Shown: positions 12,879 through 24,950, counted from the stretch's first letter. The stretch is DNA of 64,000 nucleotides from Macrostomum lignano (GCA_002269645.1 NIVC01000069.1:124001-188000); one strand, 5' to 3'. The notes: generated by a model from the sequence alone, not told the origin. Made by a program: numbers and translations.

Positions 12879-15800
12879 ATGAGTCAGCAGCAGCAGCAGA
12901 AACTGTCCAGCACACCGGGCCTGAGTCCCGGTGGCAGCGCCAGTCCCAGTCCCAGCGGCAGCGGAATGCAGGAGCGCTACCAGCGCCTAGCAACCGAGTA
13001 CAGCAAAGCCAGACAGCAGGTTATTGTGCTGAAGAATGGCGTCCTTGAAGAGCAGAAACGAACTGGCCAGCTTACCGAGGAGTTGAACACGGCTAGGCAG
13101 ACTTTGAGAAAGCGCGAGGTTGAAGCCGACTCGCTGAACTTGTTAAATAGGCAGCTGCAGTCCAGAGTCGATCAGTTGCAGGAATCCTTGGAGTCATTGC
13201 GGCGTCTGCAGCACCAGCCTCATCAGCACAGTCCCAGCAGTGGCAAAGTCAAGGCTGCGGGTAATAAAAGTATTCGAAATTCTATTTTACGCGTACAATA
13301 CTCGACAATCTGTAATACTCTACCAGACGCATCTGTAATACTCTACCAGACGCATCTGTAATACTCTGCCAGACTCATCTGTAATACTCTACCAGACCCA
13401 TCTGTAATACTCTGCCAGACTCATCTGTAATACTCTACCAGACTCATCTGTAATACTCTACCAGACCCATCTGTAATACTCTACCATATCCATCTGTAAT
13501 CCTCTACCAGATCCATCTGTAATACTCTACCAGACCCATCTGTAATACTCTACAAGGCTCATCTGTAATACTCTACCAGATCCATCTGTAATACTCTACC
13601 ATATCCATCTGTAATCCTCTACCATATCCATCTGTAATACTCTACCAGACCCATCTGTAATACTCTACCAGACCCATCTGTAATACTCTACCATATCCAT
13701 CTGTAATCCTCTACCATATCCATCTGTAATACTCTACCAGACCCATCTGTAATACTCTACCAGACCCATCTGTAATACTCTACCATATCCATCTGTAATC
13801 CTCTACCATATCCATCTGTAATACTCTACCAGACCCATCTATAATACTCTACAAGGCTCATCTGTAATCACTAACCCAGCTGCCGCAGAAACATCTGGGG
13901 GCGCCTCCGTCCTAGAAGAGGAACTGCAGCGCAAGATCGCAGAGAACGCTCGCCTACACCAGGAACTGCTGGCCAGAGACGAAGCTGCTCAAACTGCCGC
14001 AGTTCGCTACGCCGAACAGTTGTCGGCTCTCGAGACGGCCGCGGCGTCGGCCAGAGCGGAACGAGACGCCGCCCTGGCGGAAGCCACCGAGGCTCGCCAG
14101 TCGGCAGTGGAGGAACGGGACCGCCTAGCCGCCCAGGTTGCTACCGCAGCTGGTCGCGTGGAGACGGCAACGTCCCAGTTGGCTGAGGCTCGAGCTGAGT
14201 CAGCTGGACTGCGCCGAGATGCTGAGCTGCTGTCAGGTCTGCTCAGGCACTCGGAAGAGGCTCAGGTTCGTGATCGCCTGCTCTATTTGCGGTCATGTAT
14301 TTAACGGTCCGATTTCCTTCCAGTGCATTAAATCCAAATAAAATTCCCTAGTCTTATCTTCCCTTTATCCCATGAAAGAGCAGGGATGGTTTTGTAAATT
14401 CAAGGAATTCTGTAAACACTACTTATAGTACTCTCGACACACTAAAATCCAATTCAGGTCGCCCGTCGTTGGTACGACTGGACGTCTAGCCAGACTCCCA
14501 CTCTGGTGCGGGCGCTCAAGTCGCTGGTGGACCTGCACCTGCACCTGGAGGCCCGGTTGAGAGCGGCTGGCAGCTGGACTGAGTCAGCCAGTCGCCGACT
14601 GCGGGCTTGCGTAGCTGCCACCCGGTCGCTGTGCCTGGAGCTGCCTGCGGATAGGCCAGAACTGGCCACGGATGCCCAGCTGCTGTCTCTGCTGCGTCGG
14701 TGTCCTCAGCTGGCCGACTGTCTGTCCGAACTGTCCGAACCGTTCTCGGTCGCCGTGTCAGCCGAGCATTTGTCAACTGAGCTGCAGACTTTAAATACGG
14801 AACTGTGCCAATGCTTGACAATTGAGCTGCCGAATTCGCTGCGAAATTTAGCAAGTCTGATGACTACTGCTGCGGAGGCCAAGTCCAGAAGTCAATTAGC
14901 CGATTCTATTACCCAACGATTTGCAGCACTAGCCGGTGCATGTAAAAAGCTGTATACCGCCTGCGAGAGAAAAGTCAACGCCGAATCGGCGCTCAGAGTT
15001 TCCGATGATATCGCTGCGGGTAATAAGGCGTGTCTGACCGCCGCGTCGACTCTTGTAACCAAGTTTGATCTGCTTAATACTCAGGTGAAATTCTTGACCT
15101 GCTTTTTGGGTACTAAACGGTTCTCAGTCTGAAACGAATTTAGTATATTAGACTAGCCAGTTAGCCCCTCCTTGGGCGGGGTGTTTTGTAGCATAGTCGA
15201 CAAAGTTAAGCTTGAGCATTAAAAATGTGTATTAGCCTAGCCACTTAGCCCCTTTTCGGGGGTGTGCGGCTGACAATCAAAATAGATAACCTGGTAGGCT
15301 TGAGCATTAAAAACTTAGCATAACCAAATCACATTGCATTGGATATACCTTTCCTATTCCAGGTAAGCGAGCAATGCGAGTTAATCGCTTCTCGTTTGAT
15401 GTTCGCCGCCGTGAATCTCTCGTCCGCTATTTCGGATTCAACAACCGGCCCAACGGTCGCTGCCAACGTGAATTCGTTGTCGCCTTCGCCGTCTCCTTCG
15501 TCGCCTTCAATTGCTAATGCCGCCGCTTCGGCTGCGGCGGCTGCTGCGGCAGCCGAGGCGGCTGAGGCGGCCAAGGCAGAGCTGGCCGTCCTGCGCGACG
15601 AGCTGCAGCGTGGGCAAGATCAGCTGGCTCTGATGGAGTCCCGGCTGGCAGCTCAGCAGGCTCGGATTAGCCAACTTGAAAAAGATCGAGAACGATGGAT
15701 GCTCGAAGCTCAGGTGGGTTTGCTCTATCAGTTGGAGCGATTATCCTAACCCCAGCATTAAACCGTACTAACCTAAAAATAATAATTAAGTACACCTGCT

Positions 15801-16908
15801 TACTCGGCAGATGTGCAACCGACAGCTCAGCTGAGCGCATCTGAATGCTGCGTACGGCTGATCAGTCCAAGGACTGGGGGGTCGCCACACACCCTCAATT
15901 AACCCAGCTAATGCTGGCACCCATTTTACAGCTAGGTGAACTGAAGCAATGCAGAGTTAAGTGTCTTGCTCAGGACACAGATTGTACCTAGTGGGTCGAG
16001 AATCGAACCCCCGACCTTTACGTCGCGAGTCCGACGCTCTAACCACTAGGCTTCAACCCATAACCCTAACCTGAGCATCAGTTTAAACAGCATCTCCCGA
16101 CACGTGAACCCCCACCCCTTGAAAACGTTATCATGGCAAGAATCGCTAGTCATTGCTAACAGCTCACTAAGTCACTCTAGCGACTCTAGCGCGACTCTTG
16201 TCACTTTTTAGCGACTCAAACGCTGTAATGTGACGGAGATCGAGGCGACTTTTGAATCTCAAGCGCATCACACGAGCTTTGAAACGACTCTGGACCGTTT
16301 TCATCATGGGTTCCTTTATAAAGCATGCGCCGCTTTAGGTCAGTGGTCGGCTAACTCCGGCCCACAAAGCCTCTCTATCCGGCCCGCTTCTGGGTTTAAG
16401 TCTGTTTCTAATCTCTTTTAAATCACCAAAAGAACATTACTTAACTTCTGGAATGCAGGTATTGTCTACGAGACTGGGTAAGCAGCAGCAGTCGTCTCCA
16501 TCGCCTCCCCCGGCGCAGCAGCAGCAGCAGTCGACCCCCCCGTCCGCAGTCCCAGACGGTGACCAGTCATCAGCAGTTGCTCAGTTGCGAGCGAATTTTC
16601 TCGAAGCCAAGTGCACCGAGTCTGAGGCGTCGCTGCAGCTGCTGGACTCTCGTCTGATGCACGCGCAACTGTCAGCAAAGACAGCCAATCAGCGACTTGT
16701 GCTGGCACTGAACGAAGCTGCCAGCTTGAAGGACGCGGCCTTCCAGTGCAGAGAAGAGCTGGACACAACCCGTCGGAATTATGAGGAGCAACTGGCCGCC
16801 ATCTCTGATCACGTTGGCGAGCTCAACAGGCAGTTGGAACGAAAAGAGGACGAGTTGAACGGATTAAGGGCTCAGTTTTCGTCTACCGTGGCTAAGAAAA
16901 AGCGATGA
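12879..16908 (+). CDS. PPP1R21: Protein phosphatase 1 regulatory subunit 21 (FERRY Fy-2, KLRAQ-domain coiled-coil), ~731 aa; exons 12879-13260, 13880-14265 (alt. start 13889), 14458-15084, 15363-15713, 16459-16908
   Basis: N-terminal RYQRLATEYSKARQQVIVLKNGVLEEQ (KLRAQ domain), VLEEELQRKIAENARLH, and C-terminal TTRRNYEEQLAAISDHVGELNRQL (TTKRSYEDQ motif) match PPP1R21 as I recall it. Junction phases 1,0,0,0; 2196 nt = 732 codons. Confidence 0.88.
13309..13868. repeat. Minisatellite in PPP1R21 intron 1, 23-bp unit ATCTGTAATACTCTACCAGACCC
   Basis: Direct reading; ends immediately before the CTAAC branch point and CAG acceptor. Confidence 0.95.
15775..16056 (-). mobile_element. tRNA-derived SINE with a CORE-like central domain, antisense in PPP1R21 intron 4
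   Basis: Minus strand: A box AGCCTAGTGGTTAGAGCG, B box GGTTCGATTC, then TGTGTCCTGAGCAAGACACTTAACTCTGCATTGCTTCAGTTCACCTAGCTGTAAAATGGG (resembles the MIR/CORE consensus), and a TTATTATTTTT tail. Confidence 0.75.
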
Positions 16909-17114
16909 TCTATAAATTTATTCATTGTTTGAAATACAGAACGCTCTCTTCCAAATGTACTTAAAGTTGGCCATTTTCTGGCGATTTTGTCCAAAATTCA
17001 TATATCTAGCCACCTGATTTCAATGTAGAATTATTATAGTCAATAATTCATCCAGTGGTAATTTTCTGTTTAGTTAAGTTTGTGTAATTATTGTGGTGTA
17101 TAATCTGGGCTTAA

Positions 17115-17437
17115 CCCCACTGTACACTTCATAGCCCCACAAACCCTACCCCCAATGTACACTCCCTGGCCTAGCCCTAGCCTCGCTAACCCTAACCCCA
17201 ATTTAAACTCCCAGGCCTAACCCCTACCCCAATGTACACTCCCTGGCATAGCCTCACAAACCCTACCCCCAATGTACACTCCCTGGCCTAGCCTCGCTAA
17301 CCCTACCCCCAATGTACACTCCCTGGCCTAGCCTCGCTAACCCTACCCCAATGTACACTCCCTGGCCTAACCCCTACCCCCAATGTACACTCCCTGGCCT
17401 AGCCTCAAAAACCCTACCCCCAATGTACACTCCCTGC
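17115..17437. repeat. Degenerate C-rich minisatellite with core CCCCAATGTACACTCCCTGGCCTA
   Basis: Direct reading; same core as the arrays at 3231-3705 and 18340-18800. Confidence 0.88.
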
Positions 17438-18339
17438 CTCACAATATTTAAAATTGGATAATTGTTATATGCAATACATATAAGCCTCAATAATGCTAGA
17501 AAAATTTTATTGAATAAAAAATATTTTCTTGATTAGCAAAACAAAATCTTTTTTTGTGCCTAACGATTACTGTTCCTGTTTATGCTACGGACTCTATGTA
17601 GCTCTCTTACTACACTGATTATTTAAATTGACATTAACTGCAACTGAGTTTACAATCTCCTTTCAATTCCAGTTTTTTTATTAAGCCTATTAGCTAGGCT
17701 TTAATCTTAACCATTCTTCTTGGACTTAGAAGTGTATCTGGCTTCTACGCTCGTACATAATCGCTAATGCATAGCAAACTAACGCGATACTTTAAATAAC
17801 TTAATTTTCATTTTGCATTGCCTTGCCAATCCAATCATCATATCCATTGACGAACAATTCGAAGAAAAAGCCGCCAAGTCAACCATTTTGTTCCTGAATA
17901 ATTGTCGATCAATCGATCATTGTGATCCCATAACCACTTAGTCAAAGTTGATTGGAAAGTTTGCTAGTTAATCGTTAATGTGGATCTGTTAGTATTTTTA
18001 TATATTCAATTAAATGGTCAGATTAATGTTGAGTTACTAAACACGGTATGTAAAGCTAGACTTTAGATATTTATTGTCTTTGTAATTGTCGTTTATAAGT
18101 GTTTCTTCAATGTCTTTCATTTTTTTATATTAGTAGAAATTAGCGTGCATTAAAACAGATAAAAAACGTTTGACAGGAGTTTACTTTAACTATATGAACA
18201 CAACTAAAGGCATCTGTGCAGATTTTTAAAATAACTGGAAAGTTCACCGGTTGAAAATTTACAACTACACAAAACATTACAAGCTGTGCTCCTATGTGCA
18301 TCCCCGGATCATAGCTAGAAAACTTTACCTCAAGACAAG

Positions 18340-18800
18340 CCCCACAAACCCTACCCTTAAATGTGCAATTCCTGGCCTAGCCTCTCAAACCCTATTCCCG
18401 ATTTACACTCCCTGGCCTAGTGTCAAACACCCTAACCCTAAATGTACATTCACTGGCCAAACCCTATTCCAAATATACACTCTTTGCCCTAGCCTCTCAA
18501 ACCCTAACCCCGATGTACACTCCCTGGCCTAACCCCTACCCCCAATGTACACTCCCTGGCCTAACCCCTACCCCCAATGTACACTCCCTGGCCTAACCCC
18601 GCCTAACCCCAATGTACAATCCCTGGCCTAACCCCTACCCCCAATGTACACTCCCTGGCCTAACCCCTACCCCCAATGTACACTCCCTGGCCTAACCCCT
18701 ACCCCCAATGTACACTCCCTGGCCTAACCCCTACCCCCAATGTACACTCCCTGGCCTAACCCCTACCCCCAATGTACACTCCCTGGCCTAACCTGACCTT
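18340..18800. repeat. C-rich minisatellite, 32-bp unit CCTAACCCCTACCCCCAATGTACACTCCCTGG
   Basis: Nearly pure from ~18510 to 18790; ends ~60 nt before the FAHD1 acceptor. Confidence 0.92.
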
Positions 18801-18861
18801 ATCCCCAACGTACACTTCACTACTAAGCCTCCAAAATCCCCGTTTCCCTGCTTATCTACAG

Positions 18862-19572
18862 GCCAGCATAGTCAGATCCTGCCGCAAAATTATTGCGGTC
18901 GGCCGAAACTACGCCGAGCACGCGGCCGAGCTGGGCAACCGGGTGCCAACGGAGCCGGTGATTTTCATGAAGCCCGCCTCCTCGCTGCTGCTGGAGGGCA
19001 GCGGCCCGATTCGGCTGCCGCCAAACGCTGACGAGATTCATCACGAGGTCGAAATGGCTGTGGTTATCGGCAAGCGGCTGTCTGGAATTGCAGTCACCGA
19101 CGAGGAGGCGATAGCGGCGGTGGCTGGGTACACCTTGGCATTGGATATGACGGACAGGAAGATGCAGGTGAGGGTATGCTTGGGAACAGCTGGATAATTT
19201 TCTGCGTGCATTGGGGATTTTAGGATTTACAATCTTTTTTTAATATATTTTTATTTAAGGGCCTGGTATAGAGTCTGGCGCATGACTGCGGGTCAGAGTG
19301 GAGAGGAGATGCGAGAGAAAGAAGAGAAGGGAACTGAAAAGAGACACAACCTTGAGCAGGCCGGATAGAGAGGCTTCGAGAACCAGAGTTTGCCGAGCCC
19401 TGATATAATTAATATCGATGATAATAAACTTTGAAAAATGAACTGACAGATACTAAGGAATATCTAGATAGACAAAGAGAAGTCTGGGCTGGATAGAGAC
19501 AGACAGACAGACAGACAGACAGGCAGACAGACAGACACTAAGACACTAAGACAGACAGACAGACAGACACTA

Positions 19573-19639
<67 letters not shown>

Positions 19640-20040
19640 GAGACAGACACTAAGACAGACAGACAGATAGACAGACAAACAGACGGACAGACAGACAGAC
19701 ACTAAGACAGACAGACAGACAGACAGACACTAAGACAGACAGACAGACAGACACTAAGACAGACACTGAGACATACAGACAGACAGACAGACATACATAC
19801 AGACAAACAGACGGACAGACAGACAGACACTAAGACAGACAGACAGATAGACAGACAAACAGACGGACAGACAGACAGACACTAAGACAGACAGACAGAC
19901 AGACAGACACTAAGACAGACAGACAGACAGACACTAAGACAGACACTGAGACATACAAACAGACAGACAGACATACATACAGACAAACAGACGGACAGAC
20001 AGACAGACACTAAGACAGACAGACAGACAGACAGACAGGC

Positions 20041-20077
<37 letters not shown>

Positions 20078-20088
20078 CTAAGACACTA

Positions 20089-20127
<39 letters not shown>

Positions 20128-20956
20128 GAGACAGACACTAAGACAGACAGACAGATAGACAGACATACAGACAGACAAACAGACGGACAGACAGACAGAC
20201 ACTAAGACAGACAGACAGACAGACACTAAGACAGACACTGAGACATACAGACAGACAGACAGACATACATACAGACAAACAGACGGACAGACAGACAGAC
20301 ACTAAGACAGACAGACAGACAGACAGACAGGCAGACAGACAGACACTAAGACAGACAGACAGACAGACACTAAGACAGATAGACAGACAGACAGACACTA
20401 ACACAGAACAGATGGACTCTATTGGACAGACATGGACAGGCGTCTTGAAGTACAAGCGAACTACAGTGCAAACAGAAAGTCCCCAGTAAAAGCGTTACCG
20501 TGACAAAAATCGCTAAGAGTCATGGCAGACAACTCACTAACTCTAAAACGACTCTGGGAGGCTTCTCAGCCTGGGTACCATTTTCACCTGGGTCCCTACA
20601 AAACTGTGCAGGATCGCTTGAAATCCGGCGGCCTGCCCTGGACCCTGGCCAAGTGCTTCGACACCTCTTGTCCAATCAGCGCCATGGACCCGCCAATCAA
20701 GCCGGACGCCATCGGCCCGGACACCCGCCTGTGGCTTCGCGTCAACGACCACCAGGACAGGCAGTGTGGCCAGCTCAAACAGATGCTGTTCCCGGTGCCC
20801 CGCCTGCTGGCTTTTGTTGCTCGATCGGCAATATCGATGGAGCCGGGCGATATTCTGCTGACAGGTACACCAGCTGGGGTTGGCCCGGTCAGGTCTGGTG
20901 ACGTCATCCGAGCTGGCATCGATGGACTACTGGAGATGACTTTCTCGGTAGCCTAA
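18862..20956 (+). CDS. FAHD1: FAHD1 (fumarylacetoacetate hydrolase domain protein 1; acylpyruvase / oxaloacetate decarboxylase); exons 18862-19167 and 20612-20956; initiator codon not adjacent
   Basis: [63 protein letters not shown]-like [18 protein letters not shown]. Phase-0 intron 19168-20611. First coding exon starts at CTACAG|GCC. Confidence 0.93.
19497..20402. repeat. (GACA)n microsatellite with GACACTAA interruptions in the FAHD1 intron
   Basis: Direct reading. Confidence 0.97.
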
Positions 20957-21957
20957 AAATATCAACTAATAGCATTTGCCACACGCCAAGTTAGAAAACG
21001 GCTGCATTGAAAGTTGAAAAAATGTCAACTTAAGCTCATAAAGTGGAGCGCCCGAATAACCTATGTAAACAAATGATACGTCATTTCTGCTCACAGTGAC
21101 ATCAGGAAGCTGGGTTTGGCAAAAAATGTTAAAAAATTGGACCTGGGATAGAAGAGAACAAGCAAGGAGCTGTCTCTTGAGTTATCAAGAGACAGAAGCC
21201 ACAAGGTGAGGCAGTCTGAAAAAGTGCAGTGGAGAAAGGATGGTGCAGCAGGATGGTGATTTCACAACGCCGAAAGACACCTGCCTTCCGAAACTTCATC
21301 GACTGATGATGATTTATGGCCCAAACTACCTTTGTTCTGTAGGCTTTCAACTTTGGATGACAGTTTTCTAACTGCACATGACAAAAGCAATACTGACTAC
21401 TGTTTAATGAGTAAAACTACACTGATTTTGTCTGATTATTTTGATTTTACATCTCTGTTGTTGAGGAAATAGTTAATTTATATCTTTTCTTACCGCATTG
21501 GTGCATACATATATCAATATAGTTTCTAAATAAAATCTATCTAGCTAGTGTTATTTTCAAAGGTACTAACTATGTTTAATGGTGGAAATATTGATTTGTG
21601 AAAGCTCTTTTGGATTCAAATATTTTAGTAGTTACGCGTTGATGATCAGTAAAACACATTTCGAAAATGCGTGTAAGCATAAGTGACGGCTGAGAATGAT
21701 AAAATCTGGTCATAGGTAAGTATGTAGGTAAGGCATCTGATACCCGCTCCCTGGAGGTACCTGAGTTCAATTCCGTGGTTGACCCCCCTTCACATAGGAA
21801 AAGTCTTGGTCACTGTACATCCTGCATGAGCGCTGTTCCTACGAAGTGCAAACTGAGGACGTGCTGAGGGTTCAGAGGAATGGACATGGCGCTCTTGGTT
21901 GGTGCCGAATTAGAACTTGTTGCAGATTTAGAATAGCTTTTGAAGAATTTTGTCCCA

Positions 21958-23283
21958 TGGTGCCTGTCCTGTATTTCCTGTCCTATAGTGCCTGTCCTGT
22001 ATTTCCTGTCCCATAGTGCCTGTCCTGTATTTCCTGTCCCATAGTGCTTGTCCTGTATTTCCTGTCCCATAGTGCCTGTCCTGTATTTCCTGTCCTACAG
22101 TGCCTGTCCTGTATTTCCTGTCCCATAGTGCCTGTCCTGTATTTCCTGTCCTACAGTGCCTGTCCTGTATTTCCTGTCCCATAGTGCCTGTCCTGTATTT
22201 CCTGTCCTACAGTGCCTGTCCTGTATTTCCTGTCCCATAGTGCCTGTCCTGTATTTCCTGTCCTACAGTGTCTGTCCTGTATTTCCTGTCCCATAGTGCC
22301 TGTCCTGTATTTCCTGTCCTACAGTGCCTGTCCTGTATTTCCTGTCCCATAGTGCCTGTCCTGTATTTCCTGTCCTACAGTGCCTGTCCTGTATTTCCTG
22401 TCCCATAGTGCCTGTCCTACAGTGCCTGTCCTGTATTTCCTGTCCCATAGTGCCTGTCCTGTATTTCCTGTCCTACAGTGCCTGTCCTGTATTTCCTGTC
22501 CCATAGTGCCTGTCCTGTATTTCCTGTCCTACAGTACCTGTCCTGTATTTCCTGTCCCATAGTGCCTCTCCTGTATTTCCTGTCCTACAGTGCCTGTCCT
22601 GTATTTCCTGTCCCATAGTGCCTGTCCTGTATTTCCTGTCCCATAGTGCCTGTACTGTATTTCCTGTCCCATGGTGCCTGTCCTGTATTTCCTGTCCCAT
22701 AGTGCCTGTCCTGTATTTCCTGTCCCATAGTGCCTGTCCTGTATTTCCTGTCCTACAGTGCCTGTCCTGTATTTCCTGTCCCATAGTGCCTGTCCTGTAT
22801 TTCCTGTCCTACAGTGCCTGTCCTGTATTTCCTGTCCTATAGTGCCTGTCCTGTATTTCCTGTCCCATAGTGCCTCTCCCGTATTTCCTGTCCTATAGTG
22901 CCTGTCCTACAGTGCCTGTCCTACATTTCCTGTCCTATAGTGCCTGTCCTACATTTCCTGTCCTATAGTACTTATCCTATAGTGCTTGTCCTATAGTGCC
23001 TGTCTTTTTGTACCTGTCTTTTAGTGCCTGTCTTTTAGTGTCCTGTCCTTTAGTGCCCTGTCCTATAGTGCCTGTCTTTTAGTGCCTGTCTTTCAGTGCC
23101 CTGCCTTATAGTGCCTGTCCTATAGTGTCTGTCTTTCAGTGCCCTGCCTTATAGTGCCTGTCCTATAGTGCCTGTCTTTTAGTGCCCTGCCTTATAGTGC
23201 CTGTCCTATAGTGCCTGTCTTTTAGTGCCCTGTCCTATAGTGCCTGTCCTATAGTGCCTGTCCTATAGTGCCTGTCCTATAGT
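21958..23283. repeat. Minisatellite, 28-bp unit GTGCCTGTCCTGTATTTCCTGTCCCATA, grading into a 14-bp unit GTGCCTGTCCTATA
   Basis: Direct reading; transition near 22900-22960. Confidence 0.95.
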
Positions 23284-23299
23284 GGCCTCTCCACCTACG

Positions 23300-24032
23300 A
23301 CACCTGCCCCCCACCGGCCTGTTCTCATGCTTTGTTGCTAATCACTTTGATGAGCTGCACCACGCCAAGGCAGCCAAGAACGGCATCGGGCAACGCCTGA
23401 TTGCCAGCCGTGTCCAATGCGATCGGTGTCCTTTACTCCATTTGACCGCGCCTGAGCGTCAAAGACCTCGATCCATGCCCCCAACTCTTCAATGCTGTTG
23501 AGTAGCAGTGGGTCCCGATAGACATTCGATGATCCTGCTTGCGACGCCAAAATGTTACGACAGCAAGTCAAGAGCAAACAGTATGCGAAGCGAGACGAAA
23601 GTGCCCTGTGGCACTGACAAGCAACGAGACGATTTATTATAGGGAGGGTCAATTGCAGCAACATGGAAGTGAACCGCACACCCAACAACCCCCACACACG
23701 AGACCCAACACGCCTTAAGGATAAAATTTTAGTTTTAGTACACTCGGGCTCAGTCTTTGTTTCTCTATGAGTCTATAGGCATTTAGTCTTTGTTAAAAGT
23801 TCACTCGTGATTTCCAGGAGTTTGGCTCCGCGACACCTCCGTGTCGGAAAACTTAATTCCTTAGCCAATGGGGCAGGCGCGGTGATCGTAGAGCCGCGAC
23901 AACGCTTCATCGCCCGAAGCAGCGGGTCGCCGTTGGTTAGCTCTGTTAATTGGAAATTACCTTAGTAGAATTTGATTCGTCAGATAAGCACTGAGGGCCT
24001 AAGGGCAAACTTGTTATCTTCTAATGTAAACA
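23300..24032 (-). mobile_element. Truncated LTR retrotransposon remnant (probably Ty3/Gypsy): LTR 3' end, primer-binding site and degenerate gag start
   Basis: Minus strand: AATAAA (23638-23633), LTR end ...TGTCGTAACA (23553), TTT spacer, PBS TGGCGTCGCAAGCAGGAT (23549-23532, resembles the complement of a Ser-type tRNA 3' end), then MSIGT and gag-like SIEELGAWIEVFDAQARSNGVKD in a different frame. LTR 5' boundary uncertain. Confidence 0.6.
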
Positions 24033-24059
24033 ATGTTGTTTTTCGATACATATCGGAGT

Positions 24060-24245
24060 CGACTCGTATTTAGCCAGCCAGTAGGCTCACAGTAGGCATA
24101 CAGCGGCCCTGACTTTCTCATCCGGGCATCGTCAGGCACTACAAGTCCTTAGGCCGATTCTCGTGCACAAGCCTCAAATTAATTTGGTTGCTCACGGATT
24201 CGAACCCGGGTCCTCCTACAGATACTAAAAACACTGTAATTCTCT
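24060..24245 (-). mobile_element. Degenerate tRNA-derived SINE fragment
   Basis: B box GGTTCGAATCC on the minus strand (24206-24196) with a degenerate head; a GATGAGA(A/G)AGTCAGGGCCGCTGTA segment recurs on the + strand near 63377-63400. Confidence 0.45.
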
Positions 24246-24251
24246 ACCGCA

Positions 24252-24950
24252 GATGAGAGGAGACAGGAAAGAGGAGAGGATAGAGGAGAGTGGAGAAAGA
24301 AGGGAGGAGACAAGAGAGGGGAAAGAAAAGAGTACAGAGGAGAGAGGTGAGAGAACATATAAGACAGTAAAGATGACAGATGAAAGAGGGAGAATGAGAG
24401 AGCAGAGACGAGAGTGAACAGACGAGGGATGGGGAGTAGAGAGAACAGAGGAGAGATAAGAGAGAAGAGATTACAGAGACGAGAGGAGAGAGGAGAGACA
24501 AAGGGAGAGAGAAGAAGAGGGGAGATCATAGAGAGGAGAAGAGAGATGGGAGAGTAGAGATAAGAGAGAAATAAAGGAAGAGAGGGAGAGCAAAGAGAAA
24601 CGAGAAGTGATAAGAGAGAAAAAATAAAAGAAGAGAAAGGAGAGTTGAAAGAGCAAAGACGAACTAAAAGAGAAGTGAGGGAAGAGACGAGAGAAAAGGG
24701 CAGAGAGATGAGAGAGTAGAGAGGAGAGAATTGAGAGAAGAGGGAAGTATTGAGAGAGGAGAGAGTGAGGAATGAAAAGAGGGGAGGGAGAAGAGAGAGT
24801 AGAGAGCAGAGAGAAATGAGAAGAGATAAAAGCGGAGAAAGGAGATATGAGAGAGCAGACGAGAGAGAAGAGAGGATAGAGAAAAGAATAGAGAGGAGAA
24901 GGAAGAGACGAGTGAAGAGGGGGAGAGAGGAGAGAGGAGAGAAAAGAAGT
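24252..24950. repeat. Purine-rich (GA) low-complexity tract
   Basis: Direct reading. Confidence 0.9.

Noticed and set aside
15990-16056. tRNA gene (also considered at 61490-61560, 24196-24245, 39225-39240 and 21770-21785)
   Set aside because: A/B boxes are present but I could not fold a cloverleaf with an acceptor stem; the first three continue into SINE bodies and the last two are isolated B-box-like matches.
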